DNA from: Eledone cirrhosa
Lineage: Eukaryota
Direction: 5' to 3'
DNA: 64,000 nt
Assembly (NCBI GenBank): GCA_964016885.1
Contig: OZ024745.1
Span: 7,316,001 to 7,380,000 of the forward strand
This document shows positions 11,661 to 23,064 of this stretch, in pieces (positions within the stretch are counted from its first letter, which is position 1; the number at the start of each line of letters is the position of its first letter). The notes beneath the pieces are model-generated. The model was not told the DNA's origin, ran no database searches, and saw only the letters and a program-made list of their open reading frames with translations. The position numbers and the translations under genes are program-made.

Positions 11661-12259
11661 ACTAATAATTTTACTGTTTTACATATTTCAATCAATGAAC
11701 TGTGGCTATGATGGGTCAGGGTTATAATAATCGAATTCTACAAGGAGATCCTTGGTTTTTAAATTAACTGGGAAAATAACATGGAGTGAGCTCGTGAAAG
11801 GAAGTATCGTAAGGGAGTCGTGTGAAGCAGAACGTTGAAAGTTTGGTGTAACGGGGGAGCTATCGTATATTTTCGACTAGATGTTTACTGTTTTATCTGG
11901 TATTGGAATAAAGAAGTGAGTGATTAGTTGGTGAGGGAATGGTAACTGCCTCATCATAGATACACATACACACACGCATGCTGACAGACAGACATAGACT
12001 CACATATGAAGGTGTATATACATTTATGTATATGTACATAAATGTAAACACAGACACACACACGTGTGCAGAGTAGCGAAATATGACTTTGTTGCTAATT
12101 CTACAAACTTAAAAGGCCACATCAGAAGGATCTAAATAATATGAAAGGAATCCCTAATTAACACCTTATTAACTAAACTTCCAATATGTCAGATGATCAA
12201 ATTTCTACTCAGTTAGGTCTACACCATAATTGCTTTTTTAACTGCCACAAATAGACTGA

Positions 12260-12392
12260 GGCAGAGCGGTGTGGTTAGAAAGTTCAGTTGGTAATCAAGT
12301 TGTCTAGTGTTAGATGTCGGACTCTACCATCGAGTCGACCAAAACCTTCTGAGTGAAGTTTGGTAGATGAAAACTGAGTAGAAGCCCATCGG
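12260..12392 (+). mobile_element. Degenerate SINE (family C)
   Basis: A-box-like gcggtgtggttagaaag and a 3' part gagtcgaccaaaaccttctgagtgaagtttggtagatgaaactgagtagaagcccatcg. Recognised by resemblance only. Confidence 0.45.
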
Positions 12393-12834
12393 ATTGACTG
12401 TATATATGTTATGTGGTAGATGTAATCTGTCATCCGGTTTAACACCGCTACTTGACCGTGGGGTTACTGAAGTCGTCCAGTCTGTTGTATTAAGACCTGG
12501 TTTCTACTCTGGCGATGTTGATATGTTCATCCCTTTCCCCAGCAGATCATGGAGGGGCTCTGTCCTTCTTCCCCTAACCAAGCCAGGAAAAATATCTCAT
12601 AGATCTGCTGTAAAACAATAGTTGCATTTCAATTGACCATAAGATCATATCCACACTGATAGGAGAAAAGAATTGGGATTACAGAACCTTCTTGAAACCA
12701 TCTGTAACCTCTTATATACATGCTGTATACATTGTCTCTAGTCAGTTCTAATGTATCTACATGTGTGGGTCACTCCAGTTTCCATACATTTTGTATATAT
12801 TGATCGTATTCTTTCAGTGATTACTCAAGTTTCA

Positions 12835-12900
12835 TGACCATCATGAAAACAATGAACAGAAGGGGTGACCGTACGCACCCTTGAATGGTTTCAATTTAGC
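12835..12900 (-). mobile_element. Possible highly decayed LINE RT fragment
   Basis: Minus-strand translation QGCVRSPLLFIVFM resembles the LINE RT motif QGCVLSPLLF. No flanking motifs were recovered. Confidence 0.3.
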
Positions 12901-13977
12901 ACCATTTATCCGAACTTAAATACTTTAAATACTCAGGTATTTGTATAGAGACATCAGGCCTTGTAAATTCGAAACCATTCAGCATCCAAAACGTTGTTAT
13001 ATTCCCTCAGCCCCATTGTCGATACTCTAAGCTATATTTCACCCTCTACATCTAGCTACAAATACCAACACCACCCTCATCCATTCATCCATCTCTATCT
13101 TTACATCTAAGTACTTAGTTTGCCGAGAGCTTTGGAAACTGGCAATTACGTATTCTATCACAACCGACTATAGCCTTTGATCTTAAAGTATCAGCTACTT
13201 TCTCTCATTAACGGTTACAATGTCGTTTTAGCCAGTCCTGGCTTGTATTTAATTTAATTACATGTAACTCAATTGTTCCTTCCCCCACCATCTTTAGTCT
13301 TTGATGGTCCACATCCTAAACCCATCAGTCGCTCTTCAGTTCATCAATCCTTAAGCCAAGTACCCAACATGTCACCTTATCTCTAACAACAAACCACTTA
13401 AGGGTTTACGTGGCTTCTACAGTAACAGTAAAACACGTCTAGGAACTCGTGTTTTTCGAACTTTCAACGACCAATACAAGACAGAAGTGTCTCTCTCAGT
13501 AAATACAACCTTGTTAAATCTGACAGCATAATAAACCTTCTTTCGAGTGAAAGTGTTAGGATGTATGTATATGTAATACGCCAGGCAGTTTAACAGCTCA
13601 TCCTGGTCTTTGAATGCCACCAATCTACAGAGAGTAAACATGGAATAGGTTTCCTATAAGGGCCCGTGCCAAACACCCAGGGGCCTTATATTGTAGGTAA
13701 CATCATGAAATACTGCTCTATTAGCTGGTTCATAATTCCGTCTATTCTTATCTAATTTATGACAACAGTATTTTGAGAAATTTACCTGTGACCACTGACA
13801 TCTAGTTGGGTACCAAGATCAAAGAAGTGGTTAACATATAAATCTGTTACCAGGTCGACATATCCCGAGTTTTCACATCCTCTGCTGCTCAATGACGGCA
13901 GCCATATTAGAATACAAGTTTAACATAGAAATACAATATAACATTTAGTTTCCATTACGCCAGATTATCTGAAATGA

Positions 13978-14086
13978 AAGCTTAGTAGTTAGAGAGTTGG
14001 ATTCACAATTGTTAGATTGCGAGTTCGATCTCTGAACCAGGCGATGTGTTATCTTCTTCAGCAAGACACTTTATTTCACGTTGCTC
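13978..14086 (+). mobile_element. tRNA-derived SINE (family B)
   Basis: A-box-like agcttagtagttagag, B-box GAGTTCGATCTC (14021-14032), then cttcagcaagacactttatttcacgttgctc. Confidence 0.65.
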
Positions 14087-14416
14087 TTTCTCCCAGAAGT
14101 TGTGACCGGTAGGTAGTGTCAGGAGTGGGAAGACCAATAGAAACACTGTTTTCTTGGTTCAATTTAACGAGTTCCACTCGACTGGGTAAGTGAAGTCTGG
14201 GATCTTATCTATCGATCTCCTCATACAACTAATGCTGTAATAAGTACATATCTGCTGTTGTCTAAAAACCAACATTGAGGAATTATATTTCAACTGTTCT
14301 CCCACTCCCTCTTTCAAAGTTTACAAGATATCTTTCTCAGCTAATTAACAGTTGATAGTTTCTCACCTGAGAATATAATGTCTAAATACTCTATTTTAAA
14401 GAATCTTGAAACCGTC

Positions 14417-14509
14417 TACTAACACTATACTGTACTGTATACTAACACTATATAGTGTTAGTATACAGTATAGTGTAGTGTTAGTCTACAGTACAGTATA
14501 GTGTTAGTA
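14417..14509. repeat. Overlapping palindromes: 23-bp outer inverted repeats plus a perfect 38-bp palindrome
   Basis: 14417-14439 is the reverse complement of 14487-14509. 14433-14470 (TACTGTATACTAACACTATATAGTGTTAGTATACAGTA) is self-complementary. Confidence 0.92.
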
Positions 14510-14518
14510 TTAAAAAAT

Positions 14519-14602
14519 GTACCAGTCAAGTACTGGGGTCGATTCTTCCTCTCACTTTCTATCCTTCTCTGGCAGAAATCTGCTGTATTCAGACCTGGAG
14601 AG
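14519..14602 (+). mobile_element. 3' half of SINE family A with the tail seen at 10845-10940
   Basis: gtaccagtcaagtactggggtcgattcttcct..gaaatctgctgtattcagacctggagag. Confidence 0.65.
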
Positions 14603-15249
14603 ATGGGTCCCACCAGGTTCTAAAAATGCCCTAGAAAGGCGCCCCTTCGACTCCTCCATCAGTTATGGGACTTAGCATGCAGTTAGGAAAATGAAATCAC
14701 TCACTACTTAAAGTTCTATTTTTTACCAAGTGAAGTGAAGTGGTCTCTCTCTCGTTAAAATTAATCATAAAACACTGAGATGAGGTTACTATAGAAACCA
14801 GATTAACAATACTGAATTCTTAGCTAATTAAAGATAGAGAGGAGGAGAGATGTTTGTAAATAACTTTAGAAATTCGAATGTTATATATGACCAGTTCCAG
14901 AACTGTTGAATTCTTCCATCTCTTTCACTTCTCTCTCCTTTTCTGGAAGTGGACTGTGTTCCAACATAGAGACGGGATCTGCCAGGTTTAAACTTCCCTA
15001 CGCTATCAGGAGTGACAGCTCCATCATACAACTGAACATTTTAGAATGGTTTAGTTAAAAATATATAAAAACAGGTTTGTTAATCCAAATGCTTTCAGTA
15101 TCTTTACTAATGGACAGATCGTTGTGAAAATTTACAGTAAACTAAAGACAAATTTTTAATATAATTTTCAAGGATGTTTTGCTGAGTTAGAGGACATTAA
15201 GAGTTAATAGTTAGCAACAAGTGTAGAATCGACAGAGCATCAAAGAATA

Positions 15250-15656
15250 CATTTATTATCACAGAAAAGCATAAAAAACAAAGAAGACCATCATTTCTTT
15301 TATTTTTATTTTATTTTAAAAATCAAATGTTATTTGTGTTGTTAAACCAATGGAATATTTACAGGACAAAATAAAATACAAGTTAAAAAAAAAAAGCTTA
15401 GCACAGTCGAAATTAGGTATGGGTGGGGTGGGGCACAGTCCCACATGAGTGGTAAAATAGGAAGAAGCAATTTTGGCATTCATTGATGTTTCAGGTGCAA
15501 GCCCATAACATTTGCATGTATCTATCTATGTGTACATACAGTGTCAGCCATGAAGCACCATCAAACATTACCCCATAATCACACCTTCGTATCATTCTCT
15601 GTTTCTTTGTAAATGCTGGTGAAAATCGTATTTCCATTACCTCCCTATTTCATTAG

Positions 15657-15690
<34 letters not shown>

Positions 15691-15854
15691 TTATATTACA
15701 TTAAACAATGAAATTAATGAGGGGAAGATGAAGAAATCTTGAGTCCTTTCTCTCAGATTTCGATTTTATGATATTTTTTCAGACAAACTCCATTATATAA
15801 CATTCTGCTCACTAAGCCTGCGATATATATATATACATACACAGACAGACATAC

Positions 15855-15887
<33 letters not shown>

Positions 15888-16021
15888 AGCATGTGTATGT
15901 GTATTGGTCAAGTTTTTCTTACCCATTGGAAAATCTTTAAAATTTATTTTTGTTTTGGTCAACAGCCAAGCCATAGACAAAAAAAAAAAAAAGAACCAAA
16001 CAAAAACGTACACACAAACAT

Positions 16022-16075
<54 letters not shown>

Positions 16076-16571
16076 TACACACACACATATATACATACAC
16101 ATATGTATGAATATATAAAATCATAAAGATGGACAGAGAGAGGTTGAAAGGAACAGATGATCAAGATGACACAATAACCTAAAGGCTTTGCTCTTTCGGT
16201 TAAGTAAAGAAATATAAAGGGAGCAAGTGGCCTCTAATGGTGAGGATAGGACACAGGAGGAATATAAAGTATTCACAGAGGTAATATGCAGTCACTTGAC
16301 TCATATCAACACATATTGGCACATGGAGCATTGTTACCCATACAATCACATCTTTACACTTGTCACATATACACACACATATACATAGATATATATGCGT
16401 GGGTGCACATGTGTATATATATCTATACATGTTAGTGTAAACATACATACACACATTTTATATACATACATACACACACACACACACACATATACATAGA
16501 TATATATGCGTGGGTGCACATATGTGTGTATATATATCTATACATGTTAGTGTAAACATACATATACACAT

Positions 16572-16603
<32 letters not shown>

Positions 16604-17614
16604 GCAGAATTTCTTTTTTTTAAATGGATATTTTTCTATGCATGGAAGAGAAACGTGGTACAAAAAATTATTTAAAACCCAAAAAGACAAAGAAAAATAA
16701 AAGAGAATTTAAAAAATATAAATAAATAACTTTTTCTGGGGTGAATAACAAAGTTTTTGGATGAGAGGAGCTGAAGAAATAGTTTTCTTGTCTAAATAAA
16801 TAATTAAGCAGAATTAATGGGGAATGGGGTAGTTTCTAGATAAGGTGATTGGGAGTTCGGTGGGACTGAGTGTAGTTTTAGAGGGGGTCATCTTCCCTTT
16901 TTTTTTTTTTTTTTTACTTTGTACCCCACCCCCAGTCCAAAAATCAAGAAAATGGATGTGTCCTCTGACAAGTTGACACTAACATGCTCAATTTGACGAG
17001 TTCATTGTCACTGAGGTATATTCTTTCTCACCCCTACCCAAGAACTTGGAATAATTTAATTAATTTTATTGTTCCTGTTTTTCCACAGGGATCTAATAAT
17101 TCAGATATATATTAGAAATTCCATTCTAAAAATCTTCTACTGCAAAAGTAAAATTCCACAGGTTTCTTGAACTAGTTCTTGCCTGCATTCAACAGTGAAA
17201 ATGCCTCCTGATAATTGATATGTGAGAGAGAGAGTGAAGGAGAGTGAGAGAGAGAGAGAGAGAGAGAGGGAGGGAGAGAGGCCCCATACAACTAAGTCTT
17301 TCACACCTGTCCCCATACAATGTAAACATATTTTCAATCTATGAGCACAGGTTGAAAGAAAAAAAAAAAAAAAGGTGGGGGAAATTACTTGTGGAAAATG
17401 GAAGTTTTCCTAAGTAGAACTAGCCTCCTCCTTCTCTTCCTCTCCTCCTCCTCCTGAACTGTTTGTGCTGTTACACAACAGAAAGTGGAACAACTTACAA
17501 CCCAAATGTAAGAAATGAATGTTTTAGAAATATTTATATGTGTATATGTTGTGTGTGTGTATGTGTATATGTTGAGTGTGTATATGTTGTGTATGTGTTG
17601 AGTGTGTATATGTT

Positions 17615-17666
<52 letters not shown>

Positions 17667-18174
17667 TTTTTTGGGTTACCTTGTTTGTCTACTTTATTCT
17701 CTTTTAGTTGTTTGTAACTTGTGATTGCATCATTTTGTTTTCGGTGATCTTCTTGTGGTGGCTGTTTGTTAATTTCGACAAGTAAAAAAACAAAAACAAA
17801 TGCCTTAATAATGCCCTATTGTCCACTACATCGCGAGGAAAGATAAGCACAGCATCAATGTTGTTTGCAGAATGGTATCACCTGCAGCCTGGAACGGTAA
17901 TGAAGGTACTTTGTAGTAATAGGCTGATCAGGTGATATAGTACAAGTAAAACAGGTGGATTTTTGACTTGATGGTCAGCAGTGGCCACTCAACAGCAGCA
18001 GTACCAACAGCAGAAGCAGGACTCTGGCCAATACAATTCCATTTGAAGCTCAGTCTGTTTGACAAATGTACTCGACTCTCAATGAAGTCGATTAACATTT
18101 TTTTAGTTGCCATGTCTATTTATTTTCAATAAAGTTTCATATAAACTGAGATATCCTCAGTTGAACTGGCAAGT
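15250..18174 (-). other. Candidate long 3' UTR of Axin
   Basis: Lies downstream of the stop codon, is A/T-rich and has no SINEs that I recognised. Minus-strand AATAAA occurs at 18119-18124, in a cluster near 15299-15314 and at 15252-15257. The true end is unknown. Confidence 0.35.
16378..16566. repeat. Direct duplication of about 70 bp embedded in microsatellite
   Basis: catatacatagatatatatgcgtgggtgcacat..tctatacatgttagtgtaaacatacata occurs at about 16378 and about 16489. Confidence 0.85.
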
Positions 18175-18304
18175 TTATTCCTTTTTTTCAACTTTAGCTA
18201 CAACCTTGCCTTCCCATAATGGTAGAAATGCAGAATCATCCACAATTTCATCAAAAACAACACCTAGAGATTCAAACTCAGAACTGGCTTTCTTGAAGAA
18301 GTAC
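18175..18304 (-). CDS. axin: Axin terminal coding exon (C-terminal half of the DIX domain, stop codon)
   Basis: Acceptor ttttag|G. Translates (R)YFFKKASSEFESLGVVFDEIVDDSAFLPLWEGKVVAKVEKKE*, matching the Axin DIX end YYFKK.S.EF....VFEE...D...LP..EGKI..KVE. TAA at 18177-18175. Confidence 0.96.
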
Positions 18305-18349
18305 CTAAAATGAGAGCAACATAAAAATAACATTAGAACTACAAATTAA

Positions 18350-18440
18350 TATCATCAACATCATTTTATGTCAACTTTTCTGGCATGGGTTGGACAGGAC
18401 ATTTTGAGGCAATGTTTTACAGCTACACCCCCTTCATGAC
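18350..18440 (-). mobile_element. Short interspersed repeat with an RTE-like 3' tail
   Basis: Minus strand reads tgtccaacccatgccagaaaagttgacataaaatgatgttgatgat, resembling the LINE 3' end at 3631-3692. Confidence 0.5.
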
Positions 18441-19235
18441 ACTTTTTGTTGTCTTTTACAGCCAGGGTTATGGTGGAGTTTACAATATTTTAGAAGGTAT
18501 AAAAATGTGTAACCATAGCAACATCGGTTGTCTAATAAATTTTTAATGGTTGGCAAAAATATAAACATTCTTAAAAGATGTCACAATATTTCAGCATGGA
18601 AATATCAAGTCGTCCATTTTGTTTTGTGAGCAGAGGTCAGTTCCATCAGGATTCAAATACTCCCATGTTTTCATCTTTCTGAAACTCTTCTCTGATACTA
18701 ATCTATCCAATTATTCAATGTTTCTTTCTCATATCTATGATAGGTTTATATTTTACACTAAGTCAGCAAAAGATATGTACATACATTTTTCCATGTTTTT
18801 CCACGATGGTATAAGTTAGTTTGAACTTTGAAACTGTTTGATGACCAAATGTCCATCTTGACACTAGGCTTCTGCACATTTTCTGTCTACCAAACACTAC
18901 TCAATGTATTGTTCAAAGAAAGACTATGGCAGAAGATAATTGTAAAAGGGTTATGCAATGTATTAAACCCCAAAACCTTGCACATGGAACTGGTATTCTT
19001 GTGGAATAAAAGAGGACCATGGATCTATTTGATGACAGACAGGAAGTGATTTAAACCCCTTTTCTCTGGATGATATGTTGGCTACATAACAGCAATGCTG
19101 CTAATATGTTCCAAATTACCTGAGACAACTCCTTTGCTTCATTTAATATTTAGAATGGATGCAACATGCCTCATCTAAACCATAATCAGCCATCAACAAA
19201 CCAATATAGAAAAAGGACAAAGTAATCTATATTAA

Positions 19236-19381
19236 CCATATCTACCTCAAACATGTGGCTATATCTACCATATCTACTGTAAACATGTGGCCATATCCAC
19301 ATATACCTCAAACATGTGGCCATATCTACCATAAACATGTGGCTATATCCGCCATATCTACTGTAAACATGTGGCTATATC
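19236..19381. repeat. Imperfect intronic minisatellite (5 copies of AAACATGTGGC[T/C]ATATC, units about 23-33 bp)
   Basis: Read directly. Confidence 0.85.
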
Positions 19382-19430
19382 AGCTTTGGTTGATATAAAA
19401 GTACATGAGGAAAATATATGTTTAACTTAC

Positions 19431-19613
19431 CTATAACTCCCTCTTTTAGTGATGAGCTCTTTGAATTGAGCTAAAGTGATTTCTTTTCCTGGCACTGTAT
19501 GTCTGTAAGGGATTGGCTCTCCACAGAAAAAGTAACCTATCACAGTTTCCTCCGGTCCCCACGGAGTTCCTGGTACTGTCACACTACCAGATGGTCGTTT
19601 TGAAGATTTACGA
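19431..19613 (-). CDS. axin: Axin coding exon (N-terminal half of the DIX domain), 183 nt
   Basis: Splice sites ttttcag|T ... TATAG|gtaag. Translates [61 protein letters not shown], containing the Axin DIX signature [17 protein letters not shown]...K.GSYR. Confidence 0.97.
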
Positions 19614-19736
19614 CTGAAAATACAAACAAAAGGGGGCATAATAATTCATTGCTAACAATTTCAAAAGATTGAAGGAAAATTTTAGATACAAAATGTAAAT
19701 GAGAGAGAGAGAGAACATAAAAAAAAGAACACTAAC

Positions 19737-19889
19737 CCTTCAGAATGTCCTGTAAGATTATCGGCAGAAAGATCAAGGTCACAGGGAACTGTTTTTGTGG
19801 TGGGTAATGTTCTCATTTGATAAGAAGCAGTAGCTGCCATTAGCGAAGACGGCACTCGCTTCTCTCGAGAAGGCACTCCAATGAAAGAC
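19737..19889 (-). CDS. axin: Axin coding exon, 153 nt (linker before DIX)
   Basis: Splice sites tctttag|G ... GAAGG|gttagt. The frame SFIGVPSREKRVPSSLMAATASYQMRTLPTTKTVPCDLDLSADNLTGHSEG is open, and phase 2-2 joins both neighbours in frame. Confidence 0.8.
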
Positions 19890-19979
19890 CTAAAGACAAA
19901 TTAGATTATAGAGGAAAAACTGTTTTATCTTCTCAACTCAATACTTTTAAGTTTGTAAATTATAAACATTGACTGACTC

Positions 19980-20220
19980 ATTTAATGTCCATTTTTCCAC
20001 ACTAGCATCGGTTAGACAAGTTGTCCTATTATGAGACAAGTCAGATCAGGTGGCCATCTCTTGCTCATACAAAACTGTTTCTGACTTTGTTTCTACAGTT
20101 GGATGCCATTTCTAACGTAAACAATAGAGTGAACCAGGTTCTTTTTATCATGTCACCAACACAACCACCTTACAGGGTGGACTCAGTGCTTTTTGTCATG
20201 TCACCAGCACAACCACCTGA
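19980..20220 (-). mobile_element. Interspersed repeat with an RTE-like 3' tail and an internal duplication of about 30 bp
   Basis: Minus-strand end tgtctaaccgatgctagtgtggaaaaatggacattaaa. The unit ttttt(a/g)tcatgtcacca(a/g)cacaaccacct occurs at about 20142 and about 20191. Confidence 0.5.
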
Positions 20221-20280
20221 TATGAAAATGGAAAAAAATAAATAAATAAATAAATGAAAAAATAAATTAAAAGTATTTAC

Positions 20281-20550
20281 TTTGATTTTACAGGTAAAGG
20301 TCGTGCCTGTGGGTCATCAGGTCTCCTTTTAGGTTCATTACTTTCAAGCCGCCTTTTAGCTTCTTCCAGTTGTGTTGTTGGATTTGGTGGGGTTAAGAGA
20401 GGCATTGATGGATCTTGCACAATAGGTTGAGAAGGCATCACCTGATTATTACCACTGACTGAGCCAGCAAACCAGGGGAGTGTTGCCATACCACCACGTT
20501 CAGCTGAGACAGAACGATTCAGCACAGTGCTACTGGGCTTTTTACTAAAC
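20281..20550 (-). CDS. axin: Axin coding exon, 270 nt
   Basis: Splice sites ttgcag|G ... TCAAA|gtaaat. Contains QDPSMPLLTPPNPTTQLEEAKRRLE, matching the conserved Axin motif (vertebrate Axin2 QDPAMPPLTPPNTLAQLEEACRRL). Confidence 0.94.
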
Positions 20551-21097
20551 CTGCAAATAAAATAAAAAATAAACCATATGAAGAGTTCCTGCAGTATTTA
20601 TAGAGGAAATACACACGCACATGGCTACAACTCAATTTCGAGTAATGCCATCGCTTGATACTTAAGTATCACGGATATGGCTTTTTAGTCCTGTTAGGGA
20701 TTTGCATGGTATTGCTGGCCATGAGCATCGCAAAATATGCCACATATCAAGCGATGCCTGTGCTTGAAGCGAGGAAAGTCTTTGGATGGGGCCAATCCCA
20801 CTCTCTGAACATCAGCCAAAAAGAACTGGTCCACATCATTGGATGTAAGCGACGTCGCAGATAGAGTAACCTTCTCCTAGAAAGAGATATCTTAATGAAG
20901 ACTAGGAATCTCTTGCTCCGCCAAAAAAACAAAAAACGCCATTGACTCTTGTGAGTTCCTCTACCCTTTGACGGGTTCTGCTTTACACCCAGCAGTGTCC
21001 AAAATCACCCTCACTGGTGGGGTTGCTGGTTTAGTTGTCGATGGCCATGTACAGGTTGTACTGGGTTACATTTTACAGTAGCGTTGACGAGTGACTT

Positions 21098-21230
21098 CAC
21101 ATATACACACATGTACATATATACACATATGTACATATACATATATACATATACACACACATATATATATACATATATACACATATATATATATATACAT
21201 ATATACACATATATATATATATATACATAC
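21098..21230. repeat. (TA)/(CA) microsatellite
   Basis: Read directly. Confidence 0.9.
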
Positions 21231-21519
21231 AATTCTATCTACACTGAATGATGACACTAGTTCTTGAAGGTTTATTGATTTTTAAATAACTGTGGAATTT
21301 GAGAGGGTGAGGAGTAGAGAGGGAGGAAAGGCAGAGGAAGATAGGAAGAGAGAATAATGTTCCTATCATAAATCTCAATTAGAATAGTTATTATAGGAGC
21401 TATCAACTACACATTTGATAGAATCAACTCCTTGCCAAAAAAGAGACAATGAAAGAGTTTTCAGTTACTTCACCTGTTCAAAATAGCAGCCATTTTTCTG
21501 AATTTGTCTTTGACTGATC

Positions 21520-21727
21520 TAACCCTTTAGAATTTAAACTGGTCATATTTGGCCAGAATTCCTTCACCTTTTTCTGTTCAAACCGGCCATAACTGGCTGC
21601 TCACACTGATGTTAAGGTATTGTTCCCAAAATAAATTTCAAAATCTTGTGGATTCGATGTGTGAAATAAAACCTTTAGTGTGAAAATACAATAGTAAATA
21701 TAGAGTAATGTAAATGCTAAAGGGTTA
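21520..21727. mobile_element. MITE of about 200 bp with piggyBac-like CCCTTT termini
   Basis: TIRs TAACCCTTTAGAATTTA (21520-21536) and TAAATGCTAAAGGGTTA (21711-21727), 16/17 complementary. The 4 nt flanking the CCC/GGG ends are CTAA and TTAG rather than a perfect TTAA. Confidence 0.7.
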
Positions 21728-21804
21728 GGCAGTTTCTATAGCAGGTGTAGTAGTAGTAATGGTTTCGAATTTAGGCACAATGCCAGAAATTTGTGGGGAC
21801 AGCG

Positions 21805-22140
21805 AAAGTTGATTGTACTGACCACAGTACTTTATTGACCCAGAAGGATGAAAGGTAAAGTTCACCTTGATGGGAGTCAAACATAATGAACCCTAACTAA
21901 ATGCCACAAAACATTTTGTAGGAGACCCTCACAAATCTGGCACCCTATCACACTTGTAGTAATAATAGGGATTTCTGATAAGGTTACAAATTTTAGGGGA
22001 AGGGATCAGAGTCCCAGCATTTGACTGGTATTTTAATAAAACTTGAAAAATGAAAGCAAAGGACCTCACAGGAGTTAAGATTTGATATTTAAATATTGTA
22101 ATTAAATAATAGGTATTTTGTTTAATATTTTACCAATTCT
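21805..22140 (-). mobile_element. Two degenerate SINE family A copies
   Basis: cagtactttattgacccagaaggatgaaaggtaaagttcacc at about 21826-21868, and cccagcatttgactggtattttaata..aatgaaagcaaa at about 22013-22060. Confidence 0.55.
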
Positions 22141-22400
22141 GCGAGCAGACTTCTTTCCAGGTGTATCTTTGACAAGGCAAAACATACAAAGTACTTGTAC
22201 TGAAACTGAAACTTAATACCCCACCCCACAAAAAAAAAATTGTTTACACATTTACAAATTAAACTTTACATCAATAAACAAGTTTGACAACAGGGAACCT
22301 TCACTCACAAAACTAGCTAACCAATTCTAAAATATGCTTTAGCTCAGAACTGTTTATTCAAGAGAATAAGAATATGTGTAGGTTTGGTTGTAATACTCAC

Positions 22401-22544
22401 CCTTGCTTTTGAAGCTGAGGAGAACCAGTGGTTGGTACTGGAGTTTTGTGAGTGTGAGAACGCTTGTGGGAAGAACTTTTGTCTGACTCAGTATGTGAGG
22501 AACTGCCTGCGTACCGGTCGCTGGCCATTATCCACTGTAAAACT
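22401..22544 (-). CDS. axin: Axin coding exon, 144 nt (most 5' Axin exon in the window)
   Basis: Splice sites cttcag|A ... CAAGG|gtgagt. Translates VLQWIMASDRYAGSSSHTESDKSSSHKRSHTHKTPVPTTGSPQLQKQG. VLQWIM resembles the Axin (I/V)xQW(I/M) motif. It is in frame with the next exon. An alternative acceptor near 22535 cannot be excluded. Confidence 0.82.
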
Positions 22545-22663
22545 CTGAAGAGAAGAAAATTAGATTTGTTATCTAATGTAGAGACTTTTAAAACATTAGG
22601 ATAATTAAATACATCAGGATACAATTTTGACTATAAATCAATTCTTTATATATAAATATATAT

Positions 22664-22870
22664 AAAGAAGTTCCAAGAAATCCCAGTAGAAGGAAGACGT
22701 AATAGAGGAAGACCACGAAAAACATGGGCGGAGGTGGTGAGAGCAGACCTCAGATCGCTGAAGCTCATGGAGGAGATGACGAAGGACCATGACAAGTGGA
22801 GAGACGCTGTGCTGAATAGTACCTGTCCCACCCTTGCAAGCAGGGAAAAGCAGACGTAAAATGATGATGA
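22664..22870 (+). mobile_element. Severely 5'-truncated copy of the same RTE LINE family (3' ~200 bp)
   Basis: Highly similar to 3471-3680 (ccagtagaaggaagacg..gaggtggtgagagcagacctc..gacaagtggagaga..gcagggaaaagc.gacgtaaaatgatgatga). It is preceded by a TA-rich run. Confidence 0.9.
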
Positions 22871-22879
22871 AATATACAT

Positions 22880-23064
22880 ACATGAGGGTCGGCTGAAAAG
22901 TTCACAGGCTGACTATGCAGGATTCATGTGAAATCTTGCGTGCATTAATTTCAACTCATTAATAACTGCATTGTTTTTTTTTCCAAGGACTGTGTTGAAA
23001 AATAAACCTCATTCGGTTATTCTAAGAGAGTATCTTGGTCAATCTATGAACTATTGACTCCCGT
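22880..23064. mobile_element. Possible degenerate mariner-type MITE
   Basis: The left end atgagggtcggctgaaaagttcacag and the right end ctatgaactattgactcccgta form degenerate inverted termini resembling TACGAGGG-type mariner ends. Confidence 0.4.

Noticed and set aside
7232-14086. tRNA genes at the A/B-box motifs
   Set aside because: No cloverleaf, and the boxes run into repeated SINE bodies.
13417-15031. Short minus-strand ORFs 13417-13641 and 14828-15031 as exons of another gene
   Set aside because: No recognisable domain or consistent splice structure.
18175-19613. Dishevelled or Dixin as the source of the DIX domain
   Set aside because: The DIX domain is C-terminal with [11 protein letters not shown], and the upstream QLEEAKRRL motif is characteristic of Axin. 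Dishevelled has an N-terminal DIX domain.
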